Below are positions 1-12,192 of a DNA stretch of 64,000 nt, one piece after another (the first letter of the stretch is position 1; each line of letters begins with the position of its first letter). The translations under genes were made by a program, and so were the position numbers. Origin of the DNA: Macrostomum lignano (taxonomy: Eukaryota). Where the stretch lies: assembly GCA_002269645.1 (NCBI GenBank), contig NIVC01000012.1:186001-250000 (forward strand), written 5' to 3'. The notes beneath the pieces were generated by a model. It ran no database searches. It was not told the DNA's origin and saw nothing but the letters and a program-made list of their open reading frames with translations.

Positions 1-1611
1 ATCATGTAAACTAAAGGCTCCAGAATGGAGACTGAAGCACAGGGTCCCTGCAGTTTCTCTACGCCAATGTGATTTGAATCTCTCTTTAGTTGGAGCTTCA
101 AATGCTTACATGGCGAGGGTGACCATATGATGACAAGATGTCCAGAGCGCTTAGCATGGTCATCACGCGATCAACGACTGACCCACCTGGCGACCAGATA
201 CATCAGTTTCAGGACGACCACACCACAGCTCCTCTGCTGAATTAAGCGGCACCTGCCGCGGGGTATCCGCACGTCGAACCCAGCGGCCCGTCTTCGGCAA
301 CGTCAGCCACCCCGACTAAGAATCCTTCCATCTCATCCCCGATCACTGCCTCGTCACCTGCTGCACCTGTCATCGACTTCAACGCCCTCCTCACCTCATG
401 ACTGCGATGATGCAGCATAACCATGCTGCTCATACACCAGCTCACCGCTAATATCCATCATGCCCCAACATTGGCCTAAATATTTCGGAACAAGAACCTT
501 TGCCACAAGTGCCTTCGCCGACACCACATCAGGGACTGCCTTGACCGTGCAATTCCCCACACCAGCTTGCCTAAGACAGGCCAAAACGCCCACGTTAATT
601 CAGGTGGTGACGCCGACTTCAAAGAGACAGCCAACTCCCAAGTCTCTGCCGCAGCCGACGTCGGAGGCCGATCGTGCCGACCATCATGCATGGCTACCTT
701 CCGGGCCGCTCGATCGACTGCACAATTCTTCTCGACTCAGGCTGCTCACACTCGCATCTCGACGGCACCGTTGCCCACAAGCTTGGTCTCAAAGCCGCCA
801 AGACACTTATGATAGCCAACTCTGTACCTTCCACTCCCTGATGATGTCCTAACAGCAGCGTCTGAAACCTTCCGCCTGACCACAATCCACGATACAGACG
901 GTACCCTCGACCTCATTCTCAGTGGCGACGTGAACCAGTTACTCACCAGCCCTGCCGTTCCTGCCCTCGCTCTTCAACCGACTCTGACGGCCTACCTAAC
1001 GCCCTTCGAAGTCATCCTCAACGGTGCTATCAATGACACGGGTGCCCGCAGCATCAACAGCTTCCTCGGGTCCTCGCAGGCCTCTCAGGTCCTCGTCCTC
1101 AACAGTAACAACGATAACCTTCGCCTCGAGCGGCTTCTCGATCGCATGACTGACAGCTTAAGTTCTCGGCATAGCGAAGGACGCTGGAAAGCATGGCCCC
1201 AAAAGACGACGAGCTGACTCGACGCCTTCTCGCGTCCATTACCCGTGACTTCGATGGCTGCATCTCCGTCGACCTGCCATTCAAATACGGCGATGCACTT
1301 CTTCCATCAAACTTCGGGCAGGCCTTTTGGCCGTGCTCAGGCTACTCACCGACGCGTGAGCCTTCTCAAGCGCGACTAGAGAGTCCTGAAAAAAACACAA
1401 TTAAAGCATACCAAACTAAAAATAACACAGGAAGGTTTCCCATCCCATGAAATCCTCATCTATCATATTTCTTCCCATAGAGATCCCCAAATACTAAAGT
1501 GGTTGTGTTTTCAGCACAACGGAGCCATTTTGCTCCAAATGAAGGGATAGTAGTAGAGAAACCAGGACCCGATGCTTCAGCACCATTTTGACTCTTAAAT
1601 TCACATCCTCT
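1..1611 (+). mobile_element. TIR MITE-family copy (left end cut by the window edge) whose interior is replaced by a ~1.2-kb foreign fragment
   Basis: 1-135 resembles the left arm of the MITE at 54806-55350 (aaaatggagactgaagca...ctctacgccaat...ttggagcttca). 1376-1611 resembles its right arm (ctgaaaaaaacacaa...cacaggaaggtttc...cccatagagatcc...aaattcacatcctct). Confidence 0.7.
170..1375 (+). pseudogene. Degenerate BEL/Pao LTR-retrotransposon pol-like fragment (peptidase-to-RT linker)
   Basis: Frameshifted peptides GTLDLILSGDVNQLL, AYLTPFEVILNG, NLRLERLLDRM and DGCISVDLPFKYGDALLPSNFGQAF match, in order, recalled Pao motifs IDLLIGAD, TxFGWILSG, LERFWELE and GRYxVxLPWK...LPxNxxxA. GC-rich island. 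Confidence 0.55.
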
Positions 1612-2102
1612 GATTTTTTAAAGAAGTTTAATTTGAAAGAAGACTTTGAAAGAAGCTTGCTCAATATGTACGTTTGTCGATGAAACGTACATGTATTAAA
1701 GCTGTATTTAAAATGTTAAGAACTATCTTAACCTAAAACTCACAATAAATACGCTCCTATATTACTCGTGATAGATGCTTAGCAGCTAAGTTGCATCCTA
1801 CAGTAAAACTAAGAAGAGTAAGCTATAAAATTGTATCTACACTACAGTTCAGTACAACTTCGACACAAGTAAGATTCTATAAAGGTAAGAAAATGTGTGG
1901 GGGCAGAAACAGAATGCGTTACAGCTTTTTAGACAAAAATAACCTCGTCTTCTATCTGCAGTTGCAGTACATGTTAAACGAAATTGTAAAACGGCAGTTT
2001 TGTTGGTCTATTGGATGAAGGAAGTTTGTTTTGCAGCTGGCTAAATTGAATTCATTGTTTTACTTTTTACTCTTTTTACTGCTTTCTGTCTGGCTATTCA
2101 AA

Positions 2103-4776
2103 CTAATAGAAGTGCAAGCTGTTCTGAGCTCTCGGATCGTGCGAAGCTCGACGCATTCTCTTCTGTTGTTGTTGTTGCTGCTTCTGCTGTTGCTGCTGCT
2201 GCTGCTGTTGTTCTTGCAGGTGTCTGAAAGCTTCGGAAAAAACCGATCGATGCGACCGCTCTATGTCGCCGCCTCCAGCAGCTTTGCCAGTTACCCTGGA
2301 CCCGTCCCCTACCCCTTCCTGACGATCGAAACCCAACGCCGCCAGTTGGCTCTTGATTCGGTTGACCAAGTCGAGCTGCGTCTGCTCCAGCGTTGGCTGA
2401 TCAACGACGCTATCCATTGCCGTAGCTGTCGGCGTTACCGCATTTGGAGACGCAATTGTTGCGGCGCTGGGCGCAGGGGATGCGACGCTGGGCGTCGCAG
2501 CCGGAGCTGCAGCGGCTGGACGAAGGCATTCGGTCAGAGCGGCGACGCGAGCTTCCGCGTCGGTGCACTGACGCTGCAACCGTTGCAGACGCGTGCAGGC
2601 AACATGGCAGATAGATTCAACGAATTTGGCCAGCCTCGATGGTTCATCCACCGGCGGCGGAGCCGGTGGCGCTAAATGATCAGGCTTAGTGTCGGCAGTT
2701 TCATCGCTGTGCCGTTGCAGCTGCGCGGCGGCCGACGTGATACTTTTGAGTGCGTCGGTTTTCTCACCCAACGACTTGCGCAGACTGGAAGTCTCCCGCT
2801 GCAGCTCGGAGACTCGACGCTCGGCTCGACGTAATCGACGATCAGTTTTGAAACTTGGATTGGATTGCTGTTGCTGCTGCTGATGCTGCTGCTGCTGCTT
2901 GGCAGCGGCCGAGGCCACACCGCTGAGATACTGGATGCGAAATGTCAGCTTGCTGTTGGCTTGTCGAAGTCTCTCCCGTTCGGCCAGAAGCAAGCGTTCG
3001 CGTCTGTCAAATTCCGCTCGAATTCGATGTAGCTCAGAGTCGTCTTCTACTCCTCTGTGATTTGCTACAGCGATTGATGACGATGGAGGAGGCTGGGAGC
3101 TTGCCCGACTCCGTGTGTCCGACTGAGGACGACTCGGCCACTGCTGCTGTTGCAGCTGCTGAGGATGATTAGGCGTCGTTGAGGCATCCAGGCGAGATGC
3201 GGACCGGCCGAAGGTCAGGCGTTCGCGCGATACGGCACGTCGCAGGAAGCCGCCAACTCGCTGAAGCCGGCCTCCTCCAGCTGCCTCTTGCGCTGAAGCT
3301 ATTGATGTCGAAGCTGGCTGCTGCTGAGACTGCTGGTTGTTGGACGAATTGATCGACGTACGAAGTTGCTCAATCTCCATGTTCGCATCGGTGAGCTGAA
3401 AACGTTTGAGACCAGGGTCAGTGCACTTCTCTTAAAAGAGGATAATTGAGCATGGTTAGACCCTGGAAAAAGCATGCAAAAGTTGATAATGGTGCACTAT
3501 GAAATACATGTAGGACGTAAATGTACTTGTCGGTGACCTACAAAGCTTACAAAGTTAATTGGTGCTTAAGTATCAGACAATTGGCATATTGTCAGACACT
3601 TTTTGGTACATTGTGTTGGATAATTTTATGGTACAACTGAACAACTTCTACGTCAATCAGGTACAATCAGACAATTCATATTTAAAAGTTTCAAAACTTC
3701 CGAAATCAACGCAAATCAATGCAAAATATTTTTAGGGTAGTTTTAATGCAAATCTCAATGAAGCTTGAAGTCGATGCTTAAACTTTTTTGTTGCTTTAAG
3801 CAATTCATAACAGTTGGCTGCAGGACAAAAAACGGAGTTATTAAACTTCACTTCTCACCTGCCGTTGCAGCTCTTCGGCCCTCTTAGCCAGTTCCGCGCT
3901 CTCCGCGATTCGCTGTTGCGCCAGTTTTCGAAAGCTACGCCAAGTGGACCGGACAAAGGCGTAGTCGCTGCGCGCCGTGCTGCCCTCTGGGTAGGGCGCC
4001 GGCTCCTGCAGCCCGGCCGTCTGCAGAGCGCGCGCGTCTAAGCATCGGGTGCGTCGAATAATTCGTTCAGTATCTCTGCGCATCTTCCTAGCCATGCTTT
4101 CGTGAAGACTGTCTACCGTAGTCATCGATTCGCTTAGAGATTGCGACTGGTCATGCTGCTGCTGCTGATGGTTTTGGTGATAAAGCTGCTGATGATGATG
4201 CTGGTGCGCTCCTCCCTGCTGCGGCTGTCGAGTTGCTCTCCGGTTCTGCTTGCCACTGGAGAACAGACCCCATCGACGTCGTTTTCGACGGCTTAGCGTT
4301 GAAGCAGCGGCTACTCCTCCGGCTGAGGTAGCCGTTGTCGAGTCAGCAGCAGCCGAGGCGGCGGTAGCGGAGGCATCAGCCGAGCTGCATCGTCGAGCTT
4401 TCAGCAGCGTCAGCACCGAGGAACAGTTTCGGATTAGCGGGCACAGACTTACGTATTCTTGATCGGCAGATTTAGTGAGGATGGTGGGATAGCCCAGTCT
4501 AATGAAGTCCTGGTTAACGGTGTGCGCCATCCATTTAAACACTTCCTCCGGCATGGCGGGTTCCGACTCGCCCTCGGCCCCCGTTCCAGTCGCTTCCGCC
4601 TTAGCAATATTTGTCGAGCCTTCGTCAGTGCTGTCATCGGCGTAGCTACCGTCTGCGCATTGATTGCCGAAGTCGCCACCGCCTCCTTCGGTGGTGCCGC
4701 CATCCGTGCCACCGGTGCTGCTGAGACTGAGCCGACTGACACCGGTTGCGGTATTAGATAATCGACTGGTTTTCAT
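2103..4776 (-). CDS. Two-exon coiled-coil, polyQ-containing protein (~736 aa); tentatively afadin/alpha-actinin-binding (ADIP/SSX2IP)-like
   Basis: Exons 4776-3859 and 3395-2103 join in frame (CAG|gtgag ... ttttcag|CTC, giving ELQRQ|LTDANMEIEQL). Heptad-rich segments. HTVNQDFIRLGYPTIL...LIRNCSSVLTLL weakly recalls the ADIP N-terminus. Further 5' exons are possible. Confidence 0.7.
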
Positions 4777-6244
4777 AGCAACTATTAGTATTAGCTCCTC
4801 GCTGGGGGAGTTTCGACCTATAGTTTTCTAGCCAGACATAAATATTCGATAATTACGAGCGTATTTTGCTAAATAGTAGCAAATCTATCAATATAATTTT
4901 ACCTATACATGAAAAAATGATTGTACTGTCTGATTCGATCTAATAAAGTTCGATCAACTAAATCCAAAAGGCTATGGGTGTTGATCGGTTAAAGCTGAGT
5001 TGGCAAGATATGAAAGGGATGTCTATTAATTATTATAGAGGATTTTGTTGAAACTAAAGATACTTCAGCTCTTTTAGTCTATGGTATCGCATCACTGGAC
5101 CAACGTCTGATGGCCATTAAAGCAAAACACATAGCAACTTTAAAGTATGCAGGACCGGCAGTTGATTCAATTTTATAGATACGTATACTTATAGCAAATT
5201 TCGCCCCCCGTTGGGGAAACAACAGCGAAAGGAAAAATTACTTTTGAATAAACTACTTGTAGCTTTCGACCTTGTACAGTCACTATCAGCTATCAGATAT
5301 CGAAAACCCAAACCAAAACCAAAGCAAAAAACTCCCAATTGACACTTGGCATCTTAGACAATGTGATCGATCTTCGAGGCCTTTGGCCTGAGCCCTGCAA
5401 TCCAGGGCCACCTACCCTGGAGCCAACTGTAAATAAATAAACTAACTGACATACATCGAGAGATATTTTTCATTATTGCTAAATTAACAAAGTCTATAAC
5501 TGTGCAGCAGGTTCGTAATGTGAGCCAACCATAGCTCGTAGACTGCCCTATTCCCCATTTAACTTCGAGTAGAGCTACATAATGAGACGACTTTACAGAG
5601 CGCCATTAATTATTACAGCAATGGGACTATCCTAATTTTACTACCGCCAATGCCACACTTTTGTACAAATTCAGGGCTAAGACAAGAAGAGACTCAAAGA
5701 GGAGGTTGAGTAGAGTGCCTGCGATATCATACATCATAATGCATCATAATCGGTCGATTCTTCAACCGTCAGCAGTTGGAGAAGCTGTGGAACAATGATT
5801 CAGTTTTACCGCCTTAGTCGCACAGGGGGCTTGGCTGCAAAAAAAACTTGTAAAGCTAAAAGCAAATGCATTGCAGCCTGAAAAAATGCCTCAGTTAGTC
5901 CAGAAAGTTAGGAACAAGCGGCGAGCCCTGCAAACTCAAGAGCCAAATCGATCTGCTCGGACGTCTCGCTATACTCTCAAGCTAATTGTTATAGTTTTCT
6001 CCTGTGCCATATTTTCTTTAAAATTTGCTTCAATGATTCTTTTAAGGCTTAATTTAAACTGAACAAGCTTGCAGATAGATTGACATTTTCCATTTGGCAA
6101 ACTTGCTGTACTAACAATGGGATATCCGCATATAAAGATCTTATATTACAGTGTACTTATATTTATCTTTGTGTTGACAAGGATGGCCTTTCGTCAATTC
6201 TCACTACTTCGGAATTGCATTCGTAAATTAGCATTAGGCACTCT

Positions 6245-6598
6245 TTTTTTTAGAGGCAGGGGGGTTGTGTGCACCCTGGCGCACTTTAAGCGACATTGGC
6301 ACACAACCGGCGAGAGGCATTACTGCCTATTCCGCCGACTCCCCTGAGCAGGCATACAAGCGCGCGGATACGTACGCAGGCACACACTGACACAGGAGTG
6401 TACAGCTAACTTTATATTATCGTTAGGCATGTACACTTCACTGCGCCTTGGGGGGTTGGCTCTCAAGGCCGTTAATTGCACGAGCAGAGCCAAGCCGAGA
6501 TTCCAATTCAGCCCCAAATTAATGTGACTGCACTTGGAATCGAGCCTGGGTCGCTGGCACACCAGAGCAGCTGCGCTACCGCTGGGCTACGGCCCCCC
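6245..6598 (-). mobile_element. tRNA-derived SINE, full length, with 13-bp TSD
   Basis: Reverse complement begins GGGGCCGTAGCCCAGCGGTAG (A box) ... GGCTCGATTCC (B box) and ends in an A-tail. TSD CATTAGGCACTCT at 6232-6244 and 6600-6612. Near-identical to 34912-35274. Confidence 0.9.
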
Positions 6599-6985
6599 TC
6601 ATTAGGCACTCTGTTTTGCTTAAAGCTGCTTGCATCAACGTGAAGCAAGCACTCGGATCAAGCTGAGCTCCAGCTAAATCATGCTGTTTTAGAATTGCAC
6701 TTTTGAACTGCTATCGAGATAAAGGGGATTTACAGGGTGGAAGACATATGCAGACAGCTTTTGCAACAATTACGAGCGTACAAAGAGGCCATTGTTATTC
6801 AGGATGTAGCTAGCGAGGAGTTAAAGCGCCTTAACCGGCGCTGTTGTGTCACAGCCGTTTTACATGGCCACTGGGCATTTGAGGCCACAAGCTGGCTACA
6901 CAACCGTTTTAAGAAGACGGGGAATATCAGCGCAGTCTATCCCCTCGCATGTTCCACAGCCCTAACCACCGGAATCAGCCACTAG

Positions 6986-7190
6986 TGAAGCGTTCAACCA
7001 AAAGCCAGGTTGATCATCAGAACACTAGAAATCGAAGGGCAAAGAAAAGCCAAGTTTTTCATTTATAATGCCTCATGAGGTTAGAATTACGAGTTAATCG
7101 ATTGTATAGAAGTTACTCCTCCCCTGTCTTATCCCAATGGCGATTGCTGAATCGTGTCTTCAGTTTTTTTTACTTCAATCAAACGGCTCT
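6986..7190 (+). repeat. Dispersed repeat, copy A (homologous to 10048-10259)
   Basis: Shared blocks tgaagcgttc.accaaaa.ccagg, gtcttatcc.aatggcgat and ttcaaacggctct in the same order. Confidence 0.65.
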
Positions 7191-7622
7191 CCAAGTTTTA
7201 CAATGCTGTCCTTTGCCCCAGCAGAGGCGCCAACCAGTCTAGCAAGCAAATATCGAACACAAATCCGCCGAACAAGCTCAGTATGGTTTTTAGTCGCCGA
7301 CTCAAGTTTACAATGCATTGGCGGCTTCGATAAATTCTTGAAACTGGGGTTTCCAGCAGACCCAGTTTAGTGAGGTCACTCAAGCTGTAGCGCTGCTATG
7401 TCGCAGCCGCAAGCCCAATGCTTGAGCAGTGGATATTGCAATGCGAATGACTGAACCACCCTCCGCTGGACACAAGTTTCCAAAAAGGCACCTGCTTCGG
7501 AGAACTCATAAAGTCCCTAGAAGAATCGCTTTTAAAAAGCTTAACCAGCAGTAATATTCCGATTCAGCCACAACTTCGGCCGCCATCACTCAGGGCTTCT
7601 GGGCGAACTCAACTGAACTCGA

Positions 7623-9655
7623 ATGGCTACTCAACCTCTGCCAGCGATTCTCGTCTGCCTGTGTCTGGCCGCGGGATGTGCTGAAGGTAAGCCTATAGAG
7701 AAAGGAAGGACTCTAATCCATGCCTCCGTTTGCTCAGTGAAAAAAGTGAAGACTGAAAAGTCACGTTCTCGCTTAAAACATTTTGCAGCACTTACTTCCC
7801 TCGGCTGCTACGTGGACAAGGGGAGTGACAGAGACCTGCCGGTTCTCCATCATTCGTCGTCGACTACGCCCGAGTCCTGCGTGAGCCGCTGCAAATCTCA
7901 GAACTACAAGTACGCCGGTCTCCAAGCCAGTAACTGGTGCCTCTGCGGCAACTCGTATGGCAAGCACGGCAAGGCTAGCGACTCCGATTGCAAAATGGCG
8001 TGCGGCGGAGACAGCAGCAAGACCTGCGGAGGGGCCTATAGAAACGAAGTTTATCCTACTGGATTCGTTCCTGGTACGTCTTGGGACATTCGTGCTGGAT
8101 TAGTCATTTGTCAGTAGCGTGCTAATTTAAGTCGTCAAGGTAGTCAAGCTCGCTTACTTTGTGTCAGTTGGGGCGAAAGAGGGCTGCTCATTCGGCATCT
8201 TTGCATTCCTTCCGCTCGTTTTCTTGATCGGTGAAGCAGTTGATTGCTTGAGAAGTAAATTAATGCTGGAGTTAGAAAGTATAAATATTGGGTTAGGGCA
8301 TGCAATATTTAGGGTTAAGCTTTGCTTCACGAGCAAAATGAGATGTTGTCCAAATTAGATGCTACCTGAATCAGACTCTGGAAAAATTAGATGCCTACCT
8401 AGATAAGATGTTTGTAGTTTACTGAGAGCTGGTTGTAATTTAATGGGGAGGGGGCTGCGCTGCACGCGCTTAATTGAACGTAGTGCAGAACTAAGATGTC
8501 TATGGCGACAAGCAACGGCAACGTTGTAACAAAGATGGCAGCAGGTAAAGTACAACAATGTTGCCTAAATTGATGCAGCTCAGATAAGACATTACCTAAA
8601 TTGATGCTACCTAGATGAGATGTTACCTAAATTGATGCTACCTGGATGAGATGTTACCTAAATTGATGCTACCTAGATGAGATGTTACCTAAATAAATAT
8701 CACCCAGATGTCACCCAAATTGATGCTACCTAGATGAGATGAGATGTTACCTAAATTGATGCTACCTAGATGAGATGTTACCTAAATTGATGTCACCCAG
8801 ATGACAGGGTACCTAAATAAATGTCACCCAGATGTCACCCAAATTGTTGCTACACAGAAGAAACGCTACCTAAACTTGATTGGTACCTAAATGAGACTTT
8901 GCCTAAATTAGATGCTTGCTGTTCTGTTGTACGAAAGAGAATTTCAAGAGAACGAGCCTAGGGCTGTTTACGTGGGTTTGTGCCAGACGTGCACTGTAGG
9001 AACAAAGAGATTCGCTGAAATATTGTTTACAGCAGCGAAGCGCCTCGGCTGCTACGTGGACAAGGGGAGTGACAGAGACCTGCCGGTTCTCCATCATTCG
9101 TCGTCGACTACGCCCGAGTCCTGCGTGAGCCGCTGCAAATCTCAGAACTACAAGTACGCCGGTCTTTAAGCCAGTAACTGGTGCCTCTGCGGCAACTCGT
9201 ATGGCAAGCACGGCAAGGCTAGCGACTCCGATTGCAAAATGGCGTGCGGCGGAGACAGCAGCAAGACCTGCGGAGGGGCCTATAGAAACGAAGTTTATCC
9301 TACTGGATTCGTTCCTGGTACGTCTTGGGACATTCGTGCTGGATTCGTTTGATCAGTTCTAATTGTTTTTTGCTTGAAGAGAGTCTTTATCAGAACGGTG
9401 CGTAATTCGATAGTCACTGAAAATTGAACTAAGAGTTAATAAGCGCATATGAAATCGAAATTTTCCCAATCATCTTCCTTGAGAGACCCTTTGACGGATG
9501 ACAGTTGGTACATTAATGATTTTGTTGTCATTTTTGTTACGTAAAGACGCAATAGTTTGGCAGTTTAGCCCTCGTCTGTTGGGTTGCAATGCTATTAGTA
9601 GAGAATATATCGCGTGCCCAATCTGATCATTTCCTAATCAATTGCAGGTCAGTAA
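7623..9655 (+). CDS. Small secreted WSC-domain protein (~118 aa if the stop-containing duplicate exon is skipped)
   Basis: Exon 7623-7686 encodes signal peptide MATQPLPAILVCLCLAAGCAE (G|gtaag). Exon 7789-8073 encodes a WSC domain (LGCYVD...ESCVSRC...YAGLQASNWCLCGN...DCKMACGGDSSKTCGG; G|gtacg). The terminal exon 9648-9655 (ctaatcaattgcag|GT CAG TAA) is tentative. Confidence 0.8.
8340..8895 (+). repeat. ~31-bp minisatellite (ACCTAAATTGATGCTACCTAGATGAGATGTT) in the WSC intron
   Basis: Direct tandem copies, best preserved at 8560-8800. Confidence 0.85.
9033..9317 (+). pseudogene. Duplicated WSC exon with a premature stop
   Basis: Same 285-nt length and splice sites as 7789-8073, and near-identical apart from the first few codons. 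CTC CAA has become CTT TAA (stop 9167-9169). Confidence 0.85.
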
Positions 9656-10047
9656 AAAGTACGCCGAGAACAGAAATTCAGTCTGGTGATGGAGAAATTA
9701 ACAATATTAATGAACTATTGCTGCTGATCAGACAGCGGCAGTCTTGACTTAATTCTCCTTGATACTCCATTTTCCTTTCAAATGGTGTGTGGGCAATTTA
9801 AATTGAGAATCCTATAATTGTCGTCGACCAGAATGGAATTTCTTGGAGCAGCTTATTTATTTAGTTTAATTTTTAATATATTTTTCTTCAGCACTATAAA
9901 ATCGTACAGTGTTCCATAGCTCTTATTTATTTGACCAATGAGCGCACACGGGGTTGTAGCCTAGTGGTAGAGCGTGAGTGTGTGTGTGAGTGTGTGTGCC
10001 CAGTCCCGTCGGTGGGCCGGTGTTAGGCCGATCAGCAGAGCCTCTAC

Positions 10048-10259
10048 TGAAGCGTTCGACCAAAAACCAGGTCGATTTGTCTGAACAGTATAAAAATCGA
10101 GGGGAGAATTGAAACGCTAATTTTATCATTAATATAGCTGCATAAGTTTAGAACTACGAATCAATGGATTTTCTAGAGGTTTGTACCCCAGGGCCGGCCT
10201 GCAGTCTTATCCGAATGGCGATGAATTTTTGTCTTCAATTTTTTGCTTCAAACGGCTCT
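10048..10259 (+). repeat. Dispersed repeat, copy B (homologous to 6986-7190)
   Basis: See copy A. Confidence 0.65.
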
Positions 10260-11524
10260 GTGAGAAACTTGTTGCAAACTAAAGTGAGAAGTCGTGTAAT
10301 GGTGTTAATATAGTCAAGCTTTTCACCACAGTCTGACGTACATGTTCACACGTGTAGATGATATGTCAAGTTATACATAATGTACATAGCGATTGGAGGC
10401 AATTCCAGTCAAACGGTGACAAGACATACGCGATCCTAGCGAACAATGTACAAATGGACACTGTCAAGTACATTTAGTTGAGCAGCTGAGTGCACCACGT
10501 TCAGTTTTACAGCGTGGGTGGCCCACACAGCGGGAGTGGCCCACACTCAGTGATCGAAAAAAATTGGAAAAAAGTTTCCTTTTATTCACAAAGCTGTGTC
10601 ATACTACACTATACTACAGTACAGTACTACAGTTATACTACACTACTCCAGTGCTGTAAATATGTATACCTTGTCGCCGAATTGTCTGTCTCTGCTTCGA
10701 CTGTCGCCGGATCGTCTTGTCGCCGCGGTTTGACTGGTTCCCTTGATCCACCGATCGGTTATATAGTGATTTGTTATGTAATTATTATCGATCAATCTAC
10801 ATATTATATGTTTTTTAGCTTTTTAACCGAAATAGCTATATTTTATTACTTAGCATAATTAATCTTTATATATATTTTTTGTTTTTTTGTTATTTTTTGC
10901 TTTCTTTAATTAATTTGAACTCGCATGATGTGGGATGTGCATGCATGCAGGCCTGCACGATAAATATACGTGTTGGTATTTCGCGGCCCGGCTCGGCCAG
11001 CTGCACAGTCCGGGCCGGGCCGCAATTTGATCACTTAATATAACAATTTAGATAAATTTTGTTAATTTAGAATTTTTTAGGCATGTGACACACAAATGTA
11101 GTAAGATTTTTTAAGCTTTAGGTAGTAAGACTCTAGAATATAGTATAGACTTACAACTAAGAACTTTTTACTTCTGTTGTTTTGTGCTTGCATAATACAA
11201 AAGCAGCGTGTAAATAGTTACATAGAATCTAATTATATCTTACCTGTATTGTCTATAGATCTATGATTCCTTTTTATTTAGCTATGTTTAGTTAGTTTAT
11301 TTTGGATTTTATTTTCTTTGGAAATGCTGTCTGCAGAAAAATTCCTGCACTAGGCCCTATATTAATGTAGGCCCCCCCCCCTATTATTGCAAACCGAGTC
11401 GCAGTGTCAGCCTACTGAAACTCTATATAGCACAATCTTAAAGTTTCGGCATTCCTTCTGTTTACAATCACCCCAAACAGTGACAATCACCTTTAACAGT
11501 GATGATCACTGCAAAAAATAGTTG

Positions 11525-12192
11525 TAAGACATAAATCTAGAGTTTCTAATGAAAGAAAATCAAATATTGGCAAACTGACTTTGTTTATTTCAAAAGATGG
11601 TAAGATTGTCGTAGCACCTTATATTATACTTCACCTTCAATTTACAATCACCCAAATTTATATTGCCCATTTAAATGATCGCGAACCAAAGCTGGCAGTA
11701 GGAAAGACTGTCAAACTAATTTCAACTGTAAGTCACAAGTTTGAGCTATGGTAGCCTATATGTTTCACCTTTAGTTTATAAAATCACCCAAACATATGTT
11801 ACCCATTAAATGATTATGAACCAAAGCTAGCCATAAGAAAGTGTACTAAGGGTTGACATGCTTTCTTATAGCCAGCTTCGGTTCACAATTATTTCAATGG
11901 AGTGCATGTATGGAAGTGATTGTAGACCAAAAGTGAGGAGGGTATAGCATTAAATATTAATTAGAGGCCTATGCTAAGCTAGGATTGACATGCTTTCTTA
12001 CAACCAGCTTTGGTTTACAATCATTTTAATAAGACATGTACATTTGGATGATTATAAACCAAAGATGATATATATGCATAAGCTACTAATAAACTAATGT
12101 ACAATCCTTTCAATTTCAAATAAACAAAGTTAGTTGATCAGCCAACTTTTGCTTTCTTTTCATTTGAAATTACCATCAGTTTTTATGTCTTA
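11525..12192. mobile_element. Foldback/MITE-like ~670-bp imperfect palindrome with two internal subrepeats per arm
   Basis: Left taagacataaa...aatgaaagaaaatcaaatattggcaaactgactttgtttatt is the inverse of right aataaacaaagttagttgatcagccaacttttgctttcttttcattt...tttatgtctta. The centre near 11850 reads ataagaaag...ctttcttat. Confidence 0.7.

Noticed and set aside
1666-1692. 10-bp perfect hairpin (ATGTACGTTT/AAACGTACAT) as a terminator or Helitron end
   Set aside because: Eukaryotic context, with no U-tract, CTRR end or matching 5' end found.
2031-2675. 214-aa plus-strand ORF with a Leu run
   Set aside because: Antisense shadow of the polyQ coding exon.
6737-7383. ORFs of 61-82 aa near the first SINE
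   Set aside because: No recognisable domain or splice pattern; partly overlap a dispersed repeat.
7623-8117. Unspliced 164-aa WSC ORF
   Set aside because: 7687-7788 is a canonical, stop-free 102-nt GT-AG intron and 8074 is a donor, so the spliced model is more plausible.
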